A stretch of 64,000 bases of DNA from Amoebidium appalachense (Eukaryota; Protista; Ichthyosporea): assembly GCA_963693365.1 (NCBI GenBank), contig CAVNZM010000011.1, positions 4,348,639 through 4,412,638 on the forward strand, in the 5' to 3' direction. The notes under the pieces were generated by a model, which made no database searches, was not told the DNA's origin, and was given only the letters and a program-made list of their open reading frames with translations. A program made the translations under genes and the position numbers. This document shows, one piece after another, positions 20,609 to 33,657 of this stretch (positions are counted from its first letter, which is position 1; the number at the start of each line of letters is the position of its first letter).

Positions 20609-21445
20609 TGTGTGTGTGTGTGTGTTCCCGAGTGTGTTCAAACGCATGAGTGGTACGGATGTGTGGGGTGGGTTTGGCGTGTGTGTGTGGTTGTGGACAG
20701 GGCTCTGCCAAGAGAGCCCTGTACGTGCGACGCATGTGTGAAAGCTTTTAGTTCAGGCGGGTACATATACTAATTCTGTGAAATGATCGTGCTTTGTTTT
20801 GATGGTTATGTCTAGTGTGATCCTGTGGTATGACAAATTTTTGGCCCTAACCACCTGCACAAACGTTTCGAAGGAAGAAAACTGGAAGGGATGGAGATCT
20901 ACATCGTACTCAAACAGAGCCTGAAACTTTTTTTAAGAGAGTTTTTGACAGGGAAACCCGAAACCAGGAAAGAAGAAACGTGACGTATTGCCTTGCTCAG
21001 ATGCAAAAAAACGCATCAAAGACATGGATAGCTAGACATCTATATATATGTGTTGACACAAGCGTAAAAAATCAAGTAGCAGTGTATGCATGTGCACCCA
21101 AAACGAGAACACGGAGGCACAAAGACACATTTGCTCTTAAACACAGACCCTCCAAACAAGAGGACGAGCAAGAGTCAAGACACATGCACCAGCTGCTCAC
21201 ACACACACACGTGCACTTGCATGCAGGCAAACACAAGCACACAAGAATATACGACAAGCAGAGAACCCCAACAAGCACGCACATACAGGCATGCACAACC
21301 ATGCACACGCACACACACGCACCTCCTTCATGTCCACAAACTTGCGCCAGTTCTTCTTCTTGTTGTGACTGTATTTGCGCTTCTTGACACCTCCTGGCGC
21401 AACCGCGGGCGCCTTAGCACCCTTGACTTTATCTGCGGCACTCAT
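14693..21445 (-). CDS. NOP53: Ribosome biogenesis protein NOP53/GLTSCR2 (exons 21445-21323, 19784-19421, 18103-18000, 17220-16655, 14807-14693; one small internal exon may be missed)
   Basis: The spliced product contains KKKNWRKFVD, the exosome/Mtr4 arch-interacting motif LFVID, PAVEAAHPGQSYNPTFEDHQ, RKTRAQRNK, VQLTEELAGSLRELKPEGSLMKDRFRSLQKRNLVEVR...RRYKLKEYERRSHK. All junctions are GT-AG and in phase. Confidence 0.93.
15676..15940 (-). repeat. Intronic structured-RNA-like dispersed element, full copy A
   Basis: Aligns by eye over its length with 25769-26035 and, more divergently, 41307-41572. It lies in the last NOP53 intron, sense to the host, and its 3' end GCATTCAA abuts poly-C. Confidence 0.88.
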
Positions 21446-21781
21446 TCTCAAACTATATACCTTTACTCTCTCTCTGTAATTAATAATGTTTCTTAAAAAG
21501 AGCTACAAAAGAATGCTACAATAAGTTTGGAAACCGTTTTGAAGTCTCACACGTGCACATGTGGGTGACTGGATCATAGCGTAACGGGTGACAAGCTTTG
21601 ATGAAAAACCATTTGCTGATAGTTTGTCAATCATTCCAGTGTATTTTTTGCTTAAAAACTATGGATTCGTTCTTTGTTGTTTTAAACGTTAAACTAAATG
21701 CATTAATTCTGTCGGAATTGCCGCTGCTGGCTACGTAGGTATACATACACCGTGTGTGTGACTGTGTCACGATGTGTACGT

Positions 21782-21838
<57 letters not shown>

Positions 21839-22701
21839 TGTGTGTTTGTGTGTGTGTGTGTGTGTGTGTATGTGTGTGTGTGCGTGTAACGTGTGTGCAT
21901 GCGTACGTGTGTGTGTACGTTGCGTGATCATGACTGTGTGCGTTCCGGTGCCATGCGTGTGTACACCCGTACGCCCCTGTCACCATGGGTGCGTGCCCTG
22001 CGTGTGTACATGTACGCCGCGTGCCGTGTGCGTGCGTGCGTGTCAAGGTCATGCGCGCATGCGCGTGCGTGCGTCCACGTGTGTATGTGTGTATCATCTA
22101 TTTAGTGTGACAAGGGTGCTTACTTTTATGTGCAATGCACAGTGCATGTGCACCTCGTCTTATGCATACGTGTTACCATGGCCATGCAAACATGTGCATG
22201 TCCATCCGTCGATTCTCAGGGAGTACTTGTTGCTTTGACTGCAGCCACTATCATCTTATCATGATATGATGGCTACGGACGTGTGGTGAGCGCATAGTTG
22301 CCTCTTGAGTGCAATTGGTGCCATTTTGTACATGTAGCGTGCTCGAGCTCAATCACTGCACGTAACAGTGACAACACGATCATCAAAGCATTGATACCGC
22401 GTATGTTCCTACCTTTTTGGTTGTTATATAAAAACATATATATACTTTAAGTTTTCTTGCACTTCTTCCATAAAAATGACTTATCATGTTCAATATACAG
22501 GTACTCAGTGATGCAGGTATCCTGTATACGTACGGTAATCATGTACAGCCTGTCTGTATATTATAGACCCGCATTTATTTGTGCAAGCGCTAATATTAGC
22601 TTGGCAACATGCCAGTCTGTCAGGATGCTTTATTGCTCCATTACTACATAGCCGAGTCAGGTTCACTTTTACATTTTGTTTACACCTTGCGTCAAAATAG
22701 T

Positions 22702-22937
<236 letters not shown>

Positions 22938-23016
22938 ACTGAAAAGGACGAAGGAAAAGAGGAGAAAGGAAAGGAACGAAAAAAAAAAGTGCGAATGCCC
23001 AGTCAGCACGTCAGCT

Positions 23017-23054
<38 letters not shown>

Positions 23055-23109
23055 CGCGCGTAAATTACCTTCCATTTCAACATTCACAATTACCAATCAT
23101 CCCAACCAC

Positions 23110-24443
23110 TTAGAGTGGAGGAAAGAAAATAAAAACAGCAAGAAGAACCATACCCGCACCCATCAAAAACCCCACGTGCAAAAGCAAAACCAAGAAAAAC
23201 GCTTGGGCTATCTGCTTGAAAACTACCCAGCATGCCTCTACTTGAATATATCTTCTAGCACCCTTGTAACAACCCTCATCAGTATATCTACTCATTCCAC
23301 CCAATATATCTTCATTCGAAATTTCATCTCTCCAACTGGGGTTCGTACGCAGGGCAAACGACCGAACCCCGAAAGCGCACAGCAGAAAAACACCCCACAT
23401 TGCGTAAAAGATGTCAATATTCGTAACCCTTTTGGCTCTTCTTAGCCAATCAACATCCCGCAGCTCGGCTTCAAAACCCCCACCTTGTTCCCCTGAAATT
23501 TCATTCCGGTCATTCTTTTCTCCTTTTGAATCCAGAGTGTTTGCATGCGTCGACGGTCGAGTGGATTCAATACCCGGTCCAGCTGCAACATCCTTTGAAG
23601 CGTGTGGTTGGTGGCTATTTTTGGAAAGTAAGTGCGATTGGCGGCTATTCTTAGATAGTGAGTGTGATTGGCAGGTATTTTTGGAAAGCGTCTTGCAAAT
23701 ATAGTCCATGCCCCACCGAAGCCGATACACCTTGGCCCTCACTTCGAATATTTCCCGTCTGCTGTCTGTAAGCAATTTTGCACTCCTCAGCGCCTTTGCC
23801 CGAACGCCGACCTGGTGGAATCGGTAATGCCGGGTGAGAACGAGGGTTTTGATTGGATACGAATCATGCATTTGAAGAAGCCGCATGCCAGGAAGAACTT
23901 GTTGAATATGAGGGAAAGAAGTCAACGATTGAGCAAAGGGGGGAGTGAGAAAAAGAATGCAAGTGGTGTGTGTGTGTGTGTGTTTGGGGGGGGGGGGGGG
24001 GGGGGAGAGGGGGAGAGGGGGGGGGGGGGGGGGGGGAGGGGGGTTTGCTGCCAACAACACGGAATACAAATTCACATGTACAGCACGACGAGCAGAGCCC
24101 AGGGAGAGATGCAGGGGGGAGGGGGGTTCTGGCAATGTTTTGGAGTAAGTGACTCAGTACTCTGTGAATGAGTGGTTGAATGCAAAAGCCCAGGCAAGAG
24201 GCTATCGTGCAACCATGTCCCTGTGTGTGTGTGTGTTTGGAGGGGGGGGGGGGGCTTGCCCAAATTGTCGCAAGTGAACACGTACGTGCAAGTAACTCCA
24301 AGAAAGAAACACAAGCAGCCCAAAGGGTGAACATGCAGAAAAGCACACATGAGCCTAGCTAGGACTGGGGGGAAGGGTATACGTGAGAAAAAAGCGCAGC
24401 TGAGAGACAAGAGCAAAGCAAAGAAAGAGGACAAAAAACAAAC

Positions 24444-24480
<37 letters not shown>

Positions 24481-24723
24481 GGCACAAATTTCGGGAAATG
24501 AATCATATCATTACCAAAAGGGCCACATAACATGATAACCACCGGATAAAGGAGTGTGAAGTAACCGGTATAATGTTTCTCCTTTTTTCCATTTCTAATA
24601 TTATACTCTTATCCAATAATACCGAGCCGAACAAGGGGAAAACACAAAAACCAAGGTCCATGTTTCTAACTGTGGAACGCTGGAAATATTCTTCAGATTC
24701 CCCCCCCCCCCCCCCCCCCCCTC

Positions 24724-24760
<37 letters not shown>

Positions 24761-24960
24761 ATAATAATATAAAAAAAACACCACACACAAGCCAGCCCCA
24801 GACACAAGCCGTTGACCACAAACAAAAAATACCTACGAAGAAAGCACAATACACATTTTACAAATGAATAAACAAAAAAAACAAAATTCAAAATAAAAGG
24901 AATGAAATTTAGGGCAATCAAAAGCAACGCGAAAAATAATGATCCCCCCCCCCCCAAAAA

Positions 24961-24995
<35 letters not shown>

Positions 24996-27900
24996 GACTT
25001 ACCCACACACACGCAAACAAAGAGGAAAAGCAAAAACCAGTCCCCCCCCCCCCCCTCTCCCCTCCCCCCTTCACCCCCTCCCCCCCCTCCCCCCGTCCTT
25101 TCCCCTCCCTCCCTCCTCCCCTCCCCCTCCTCCCCCCTCCCCTCCGGTCCCTGCCCTCCCCCCCTCCTCCATCCCCCCTCCCCCCTTCCCCCTCCCCTCC
25201 TTGCCCCCCCCCTTCCCTCTCCAACTCCCCCACTCCCTTTCCCCCCATCTCCCCCCCCCCCCCCTCCCCTCCCTCCCTCCCCATTTCTCAAAAAAACAAC
25301 CTCCTACCTGGTGGTTTACTTCGAATATGTGCTCCCTGACCATGGGCCTATCGACCGTAGGCCACCCAACAGTCACCGGGTCGAGGGTAGAGGCGCACGT
25401 GAGCACCTGTAGGTGGTGGCAGAAGAAACACATGGAAAAAAATGAATTAAAAAAAAAAAAACAAGGAGGGGAAGGGGGGGGGAGGGGGGGAGGGAGGGGG
25501 AGCAACACGTTAATGAGAAATAAGGGGGGAAGGGGCAGGGGGGGAAGATGGGGGGTTAGAATGTGGTGCAGAGTACGGAGTACACATTCACGACAGACCA
25601 CACAATGCTTGCATAGCACACACAAAGAACATGCATCATAACAGACTGCAACCTCAGGGGGGCCTCAATTGGGTGAGTGGGGTGGGTGGGTGGATGGTGA
25701 GTGGCCGTGTTTGTGTGCGTGTGCGTGTGCGTGTGTGTGTGTGGGCGGGGGGGGGGGGGGGGGGGGGATTGAATGCGTCATGAAGTACGAAGTACGCAGA
25801 AACATCGGACAACACGATGCAGAGTGCAAACCATACATCAAGAATATGCATAATAAGCAGAGCCCATCCCCAGGGGAGGGGCACGACATCCACAGTACCC
25901 GGAGTTCCGACCAATTCACCTCGTCAACGAAACCCAACTCAGATACTGTTTCCCTTGAACATGGGTGGGTCACCCGTCTTAACTAGAGACAAGCAGGGTT
26001 ACTTATGCAGGCAAGAGCAGTGGGAAAGGCCGGGGGAAGAGGGGGAGGGGGGGGGGGGGGGGGGGGGAAGGGGAGGGGGGGAGGATCAAGAACTTTAGAA
26101 ATTTAATGAGACAGAGAGAAGTGAGAACCCGTGGCTGTTAAGCAAAGCAACAAGCTCACAGACACCAAAAGAAATAGGTTGATGTATACAGATGGCCTGC
26201 AAAGACAAACAGCCCAACATTAAACATTAGGCCCATGCTATAGCGAGTGGGGGGGGGGGGGGGGGAGGGGAAGGCAGGGTTGGAAGGCGCGCCGGGGGGA
26301 GGAGAGGGGGGGGGGGGGGGGGGGGGGAGGAGGAGGAAGGGAGGGACGAGGAGGAGGGGCGCAAGGGGGGAGGAGGGGGGGGTTTGGGAGGCAAGAGAAA
26401 CGACAATGAAGGTGGTATTTGTAACTTGAAAAGAATACAGAACACACAAACCACACTACATGATCCAGAGCAGTAAACTGTGTGACAAGTTCCACAAATC
26501 GAAGACACCAGCACCCACATTTTAATAACTCTCCCTTTCATTCATACAATCTCTCACACAAATCCAAGCCCGTAGTCTGCAGACCCTCCCTCCCCCTTCC
26601 TCACTCTCCCCCTCCCCCCCCCCCCCCCCCCCCACCTCCCCCTCTCTTCCTCCTCCCCCCCCCCCTCCCCCCCCCGTCCCCCCAACCCTTCCCGCCCATC
26701 CTCCCCTTCTCTCTAAGATACACCCAATCCACCACCATACCCACGACAACACAAGTATAACATACATGGCAACCCCTTTCTCGCTCTAGAAGTATCCATG
26801 ACACGAACACGTGCGTTCCACACAAGTGCTGCTGTTGCTAAATGATATTTTTCTATCAACATTACAGATCTTACGTTCACGAACATTGATGAGCGTCTAT
26901 CACACAAAGCATTGTTAGTTTGGATCTCCCTCCCCCCCTCCCCCGCACGCGCTTCCCCCCCCCTTCCCCCCAGCCCTCACCCCCCTCCCTCACCCCCCCA
27001 CCCCCACCCCCCCCCCCCCCCCCCCCCCCCACCCCACCAAAAAAAAACAAAAAAAAACAAAAAACAAAAAAAACGGCACGTGCATAAACACAACCCTTGA
27101 ACCAACACTTGGGGGGCATACGTGTGCGACAGTTTGCACATGCACACGCACGCACAAGATCACAAACAAACATCTACACAGGTACACACAGTCACACACA
27201 CAGGTGAGCGCACACAAACTTGTGCATACAGACACGGGCGTGGGCATGCACACACACACACCTGAACACATACAGTACAACCCTTCTTATCGGAACACTT
27301 CTATCTTGCCCAACCAACAATACATCCATCTATAGGCAGTCCACTGGCCAAGGCCTCTGCAGATGCAAAGCAACCCGTGGACTGCACGTATAAGCTAAAG
27401 CCCCCAATCCACAACCTTCCTTTCCCGGAAAAAAGGTATCATCTCGCCACCGGAACTGCCCCGCCCTTCTCCTCCCCCCCCCCTCCCCCCCCTTCCCCTC
27501 CCCGGGCAGAATAAAAACCCTAAAACAAAATTCCCTGGACAGCCTCCCTCCTTACTCCCCCCGCCCCCCGCCCCCCCCCCCCCCTCCCCCCTCCCCCCCC
27601 CCTCCCTTTATCCCACACACCAGACTCCTCTCTTCCGCTCGTGATAACCCAGCCAAACAACCCACCACCTCCCCCCCTGCACCACACACAGCCCCAGAAA
27701 GAGATCGGCAGATCCTTACCGTAAAACATCCTTCATCTATCATTTTACACAGTGTATGACATGCAAGCCCTGCACCACACACAGCCCCAGAAAGAGATCG
27801 GCAGATCCTTACCGTAAAACATCCTTCATCTATCATTTTACACAGTGTATGACATGCAAGCGCGTCCGCAGACAAACGCAGAAATACATAAGAATACACA

Positions 27901-28188
27901 GTCTAGACATAGACGCACGCACACAGACAGACACACAGACGCACACACACACACACACACACACGGGCTTGCACACGCGCTCGCGCGCGCGCGTTAACCT
28001 ACACACACAATGTACTCCCATTCTCATGCGAAGGTTTTACGGATCCACAGACACACACATACACACACACAAACATGTTTACACAGGCGCGCACACACCA
28101 CACACACACACGCATACGCGCACGCACACGCATAAATACTGGCACACACAATCACACACAAGTATCCCCCCCCACCCCCCCACCCCCC

Positions 28189-28234
<46 letters not shown>

Positions 28235-28429
28235 ATTCTAACATACCGTTTCATACGCGTCCATATCCCCGGTTAGCGACGCAATTATTCCAAGTAAGTC
28301 TGCTGCCTCCGCTGCTTGTCTCCTCCTCTCCCTTAGCAACGCTTCCTCTTCCTCTACCAACCATTTCCACTCTGAGAGCTTTTGAACTCTCCTATCTAGC
28401 TCAGACATGCATGCACTCATGTTGGCCAT
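23110..28429 (-). CDS. Uncharacterised multipass membrane protein with N-terminal coiled coil (exons include 28429-28247, ~27.3 kb, ~26.9 kb, ~26.2 kb, 25406-25308, ~24679-24515, ~24360-24288, 23897-23110)
   Basis: Non-repetitive coding-like blocks with AG/GT ends: MSELDRRVQKLSEWKWLVEEEEALLRERRRQAAE..., MGLMFNVGLFVFAGHLYTSTYFF, VLTCASTLDPVTVGWPTVDRPMVREHIFEVNHQ, and a long terminal exon ending in hydrophobic AFFLVLLLHVGFLMGAGMVLLAVFIFFPPL*. The middle exon boundaries are approximate and no family was recognised. Confidence 0.55.
25600..25665 (-). repeat. Degenerate fragment of the intronic element
   Basis: CACACAAAGAACATGCATCATAACAG...CCTCAGGGGGGCC resembles the core CATAAAGAGTATGCATAATAAGCAGAGCCCATCCTCAGGGGGGCC. 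Confidence 0.5.
25769..26035 (-). repeat. Intronic structured-RNA-like dispersed element, full copy B
   Basis: Highly similar to 15676-15940. It sits between candidate exons of the minus-strand membrane-protein gene and is flanked by G runs on the + strand. Confidence 0.88.
27674..27861. repeat. Near-perfect tandem duplication of a ~94-bp unit
   Basis: CCCTGCACCACACACAGCCCCAGAAAGAGATCGGCAGATCCTTACCGTAAAACATCC...GACATGCAAGC occurs twice in tandem. Confidence 0.9.
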
Positions 28430-28570
28430 ATAGCTAACTAAACGCATATGCATATGCTCGTATGATATGAGCAAATACTGATAGTGGCTGAGGTCTTAAA
28501 TTAGTGAGCTGTGCATGAGGTGCATTACCTCGATTACCGCCACAAAAAAAGCTCTTGGCCGCGCCGGAGG

Positions 28571-29203
28571 CTAACACGTACTGACGTGTTGCCGCACGTG
28601 CGACGTTATACATCTACTTGTGGCGTCCCTTTTTGCAAAAGAAAAAAAAAGAAAAAAAGAAAAAAAGAAAAAGAAAAGGAAAAAGGAGCCTCGGACACCG
28701 CCTCAGTAGGTGGTATGATAGCGCTTGGAGGCTGTCACGAAATTCTGGACTTGACTGAGTTGACTCTGATCTGGAGAGGAATGCAAAGAAATCCAATCAG
28801 CCACCGCCGACTAATTTTAGATCTAAGCAAATAGATTTGTTTGTTACTACTATTGGACGATCTTACCAGCAAGTCAAAACATTAGATCCGCCTTGAGGTC
28901 GGGTCGGGTACGAATCTAATCGGGTCGGGTACTGTTGGTCTAGAAAATTTGGCCTAGGTCGGTCGGTCACCGGTCACGCACGTCCTGAATCGGGTCGGTC
29001 GCCGGGCTGACCGAGTAGTCAAAAACCTGAGGGAGTTTTGTTTTTGTTTTGTGCAAGTTGAGTGTGGCGCGTGGGTGTGTAGTCACGGGGTGTTTAGCTG
29101 TGTGTGTGTTGTGCCGTAATCGGGCGTACAGAGAGGGATGTGCAGGGGGAGAGAGGGAGGGAAAGAGAGAGAGAGAGAGGGAGAGATACAGAGAGAGATC
29201 TGG

Positions 29204-29261
<58 letters not shown>

Positions 29262-30115
29262 ATGAGGGGGGGGGGGGGGGGGCTCGGGAGAAGGAGGTGG
29301 GGGGGGGGAAGCGGGAGAGAAAGAGAGAGCCTCGAAGAGAGCTCGCGGCTTCGGGGGCAGAGGGAAAGGGAGAGAGAGAGAGAGCAGAGAGAGAGAGAGC
29401 CAGAGAGAGAGAGAGAGAGAGAGAGAGCTGAGAGAGAGAGCGAGAGAGAGAGCGAGAGAGAGAGAGAGTGAGAGTGAGAGTGAGAGCGAGAGAGAGAGAG
29501 ACGTGTGTGTGTGCATGTGTGTGCGTGTCTGCGTGTGTGTGTAGACACGTGTGTGTGTGTTCGCGGAACGTGTGGGCCAGGTGCAATCGTGGCTGGGTGC
29601 AGGCGGATGCAATCGGCGCGCGGCGCCGGCGGTTGAAGTATGATGTATATCATGCTGATGACGAGGTGTAGGCAACGACTATATGTGTCAAATGCAGTTT
29701 ATTCATTTGTACATATAAATGATGACTTTAAAAACAATCAAGTTGTATTATTGTTTTAAATTTAGGTTGAACACACGGAAATAACGCAGAACTCATTTAT
29801 GCCATATACACCGCAATCCCCTAACACGTACTGACGTGTTGCCGCACGTGCGACGTTATACATTTACTCAGTCCCTTTTAAGTAAAAAAAAAAAAAATAA
29901 AAAAAAAAAAAAATAAAAAAAGAAAGGATCAGTAGGTGGTAGCCCAATCCCTCACTCGGCCCGGATACCCGGCCGGGTTTTGGCCTCGGGTCGGTCGGTC
30001 ACAGGCCAGCCCGGCCGCGTATTTTTGGCTCACGGGTATCTCGAAAAAGGGCTCGGTCGACCGTCCGACCCGACGACCGGTCGGTCCCGGGTCGGGTACG
30101 ACCGACCGCCGCTGA
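28571..30115. mobile_element. Two related non-coding modules (shared 43-bp palindromic head, A-tract, CAGTAGGTGGTA, GTCGG/CCGAC array); probable non-autonomous DNA-transposon remnants
   Basis: 28571-28613 is identical to 29821-29863 (CTAACACGTACTGACGTGTTGCCGCACGTGCGACGTTATACAT). Each copy is followed by a cluster of GGTCGG repeats (28897-29015; 29988-30110) and then GA-rich DNA. No transposase, TIR or TSD was identified. Confidence 0.45.
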
Positions 30116-30581
30116 GCTGAGCTGGCAGTGCCTGCGTTGGCACTGGGGCAACTGCCGCGCGAGTCTTCAATGGCCAGGGAGGCGCATCCCTGCCTGGACG
30201 TGACCCGGACAGGGTGGGAAGGGAGGGAGGGAGGGGAGAGAAACAGAGAGAAAGAAGCAAGTGAGATGGAGGAGAGTGAGGGACAGAGGAAAGGATGGGG
30301 ATATAGAGGGGGAAGAGGGGAGCGAGAGAGAGCCCTTTAGAGAAAGGGGGATATGGGAAGGGTGCACACATGGAGGAGACTGCAATTGAGAAAAGAGGTG
30401 GGAGCTGGGGAGGCAAGGACCTACACAAAGGAGCGAGAAGGGGGGGGGGGGGGGGGGGAAGGCCTCGGTGGCAGGGATTTTGGGTGAGGGAGAAAGGGAA
30501 GCCGGAGGAGCGGGTAAGCGAGGGAGGGGGCCTGAGGGGAGAGCAAGACAGAGACAGGGAGGGCCTCGGAGAACCGATCAG

Positions 30582-30688
30582 AAAGAGTGAGAAGGGAGAG
30601 TCTAGTCGGAAGGAGGGCAGGTAATAGAAGGGATAAAGAGTGAGAAGGGAGAGTCTAGTCGGAAGGAGGGCAGGTAATAGAAGGGATA
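30582..30688. repeat. Tandem duplication of a 54-bp unit
   Basis: AAAGAGTGAGAAGGGAGAGTCTAGTCGGAAGGAGGGCAGGTAATAGAAGGGATA occurs twice. Confidence 0.85.
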
Positions 30689-31307
30689 GAGTGCTGAGGA
30701 AAAGGATAGATCGAGCTCGAGACACTAATAGTGAGTGAAAAACGGACGAGGTGTGGGAGAATGAAGATGGGACAGAGAGACAGGTGGGGAGAGAAAGAGA
30801 AAGGAGAGGGGGGAGGGGGGAGGGGATGTTGGTCTCAGGTGGCAGAGTTGAGAGAAGGAAGAGAGAGACAGAGAGGAGGAAGAAGGGCCCGGGGGGACTG
30901 GGGGGGGGGGGGGATTGGAGGGAGGGAAGAGAGGGAGAGAGAGGAAGGAGAGGGAGAGCGAAAGAGAGAGGGAGGGAGGGAGGGAAGGAGAATGGGAGGC
31001 AGGAGGGAGAAAGGGAGGAAAGTGGGAGAGAGGGAGTTAGAGGAAGGTAGGGAGGGAGAGGGAGAGGAAGGGGGGAAGGGAGGAAGCGAGGGAGGGAAGG
31101 AGGGAGGGGGAGGGGGAGGGAGGGAGGGGGGGGGGGAGGGGGGGAGAGGGGGGGGGGGGGAGGGGGAGAGAGAGAGAGGAAGGAGGGAGAGGGAGAGGGA
31201 GGGGGGGCTCGAGAGAGAGAGAGGGCGGGGAGGGGAGGGGGGCTCGAGAGAGAGAGAGAGACAGAGGGAGGGGGAGGGGGGGGAGGGGGGGGGGGGGGGG
31301 GGGGGGG

Positions 31308-31349
<42 letters not shown>

Positions 31350-31584
31350 AAGAGACTGAAAGGAGATCTGGAATGTCAAGAACCGAGGCAGAAATACACA
31401 CGTGCTCACTGCACCCCTATTTATTGAAATCAGCATTCAATGATTTCCTACAAACATCTCTTGGCACATACCACAGACACACCCAGGCGCCACGGCCTCC
31501 TCGAAAGACGCACACTATCACCTTTTTTTGTACACCAAAGCCAGCGGTCAGGGCAACCTTGAGCAAATTTTTAAACTGGTAGTC

Positions 31585-31663
31585 ATGCACGGAACATGCT
31601 CCTGCCGTTTATGCACGGAACATGCTCCTGCCGTCTATGCACGGAACATGCTCCTGCCGTCTA
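31585..31663. repeat. Minisatellite, 3 x 26 bp
   Basis: ATGCACGGAACATGCTCCTGCCGT(T/C)T occurs three times with no spacers. Confidence 0.9.
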
Positions 31664-32820
31664 AACCCTAGCCTAGGGGGCCGCAGTACTGTGAGACGTA
31701 GGCTACCTTTACTTGTAATTACCGCTGCAGCTCTAAAATTTGAACCGTTGATTTTGCGTTGCATTTGCGTCGGCGCCTCTCGGTGAGTCGCGACTCGCGA
31801 TCTCTGGCCGCCACGTTGCGAGGTGCAGAAGAGCTACCGAAAGGTTCCCCCCTCGCAATTCCGCGCCTCAAATTAAAGTGAAAGTGTGAAGCACCCCATA
31901 TGAATATCATACTGTGATTTTTCATATAATTTCGTCATTTTCAGGCTTTAGCAGTACATTGACTATCAATAATATCATTAACTACCTATAAGCATGAATG
32001 TGGTGACGCAGAAGCGTGCTCTGTAAAGATCTCCAATATTTTATTATTTTTATTTTGGAAGAGGGGGAAAGATCCCCAAACAGGGTTAGACAATACCCGG
32101 AAAATACCCTACAAAATACCCCACCCCGAAAACAAAATACCCCACTTGCTGAGGGACGGGGTACTCTACCTTGGGCGACTAGGGTACTATGGGGTACACA
32201 AGGGTTATAGGGTATACATACAGGGTTTTTGTGTCTATATATGTCTGCCTGGCTGCCTCTGTGAAGTTACCTACATGAAAAAGCACTGTTTCTGGGGGTC
32301 TATTCAATCCCGGATATTGAGGGCATCGATTCCACTTGTCTATCTCTAAAATGAAATATCTCGTTCTATCGTCACAATGCCTATTTGGATTTCAATCAGT
32401 GAAGGCTTTGGGGCACGGCCATCTAGGTGTTTCTAGATGGCCGTGCTTTGGGGCGGGCTCGGGCGGACCCGGGGCCCGCCAGCCGGGGGAGAAGATGGGG
32501 GCCCCGGCCGGAGAGAGAGGGAGGGGAGGGGAGGGGTACAGGGGGGGTTGTTAAGATTAGGAAGGCTATTATCAGTATTGCGTAAGGGAGGGTTGAAAGG
32601 TGCTTGCCTAGCCGATATGTAAGTCTCTTTGATGTTCAGTGCCATTTGCAGGGAATGGGGGAAGGGAGCGAAGGATATCGATTGGAGGAAGGGCGGGAGG
32701 AAGCGAAGGATATCGATTGGAGAAAGGGCGGGAGGGGGGTGGGGTTGGGGTGGGGTTGGGGGGGGGGGGGGGGGGATTGAGCAGAGGATCAGAGAAGGAA
32801 GATACATACTGTGTGTGTGT

Positions 32821-32857
<37 letters not shown>

Positions 32858-33572
32858 GACAAAGGACGTTTAAAAAGTTGGCTGGGTGCCTGGGGCCGGA
32901 GGGGCCGGCGGGAGGAGGGGGGGGGGGGGGGGGGGAGGGGGGAACAACGAGAGGGATAATACGTCACGGTTGGAGCTGGAAAGAAAGCCCAGTTGCCTGT
33001 AGGCGGAGGAGACAGGCAGAGAGAGAGCTGGAAAGGTAGTGAGGGAGGGGTGGGGAAGGCGGGGAGAGGGGGTAACTTCAGAGAGAAAGAGAGACCGGGA
33101 GTCTCAGAGCATCGTGAGAGAGGGGGATAGCGAGATAGGGGGAGAGGGAGAGGGAGAGAGAGAGAGAGATAGAGAGAGAGAGCGAGGGAGAGAAAACTGC
33201 CTGACGGGGGGGGGGGGGGGGGGGAGTGAGGGAGAGAGAGACCGAGAGATAGACGGAGAGTAAGAAGATTGAGAAGAAAGAGAGACCCGTCCGGAGAGCC
33301 TGCGAGGAGAGGGGGGAGAGAGAGAGAAAGAGGGAGAGAGAGAGAGAGCCAGCGAGAGAGAGAGAGAGAGAGAGAGATAGAGAGAGACAGAAAGAGAGAG
33401 AGAGTGTGTGTGAGAGACTAAGAGTGAGACCGAGAGGGAGAGAGAGGAAGAGAAAGAGGGGGGGGGGGGGGAGAGGGAGAGGGAGAGGGGGAGAGAAAGA
33501 GAGAGAGAGAGGGAGGGAGAGAGAGAGAGAGAAAGAGAGAGGGAGGGGGGGGGAGGGAGGGAGGGAGGGAGG

Positions 33573-33657
<85 letters not shown>

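Noticed and set aside
30030-31582. 468-aa and 283-aa ORFs
   Set aside because: GA/CT-rich low-complexity sequence with no recognisable domain.
31585-31663. CRISPR-like array (also 60457-61051)
   Set aside because: There are no unique spacers, the context is eukaryotic, and there are no cas genes.
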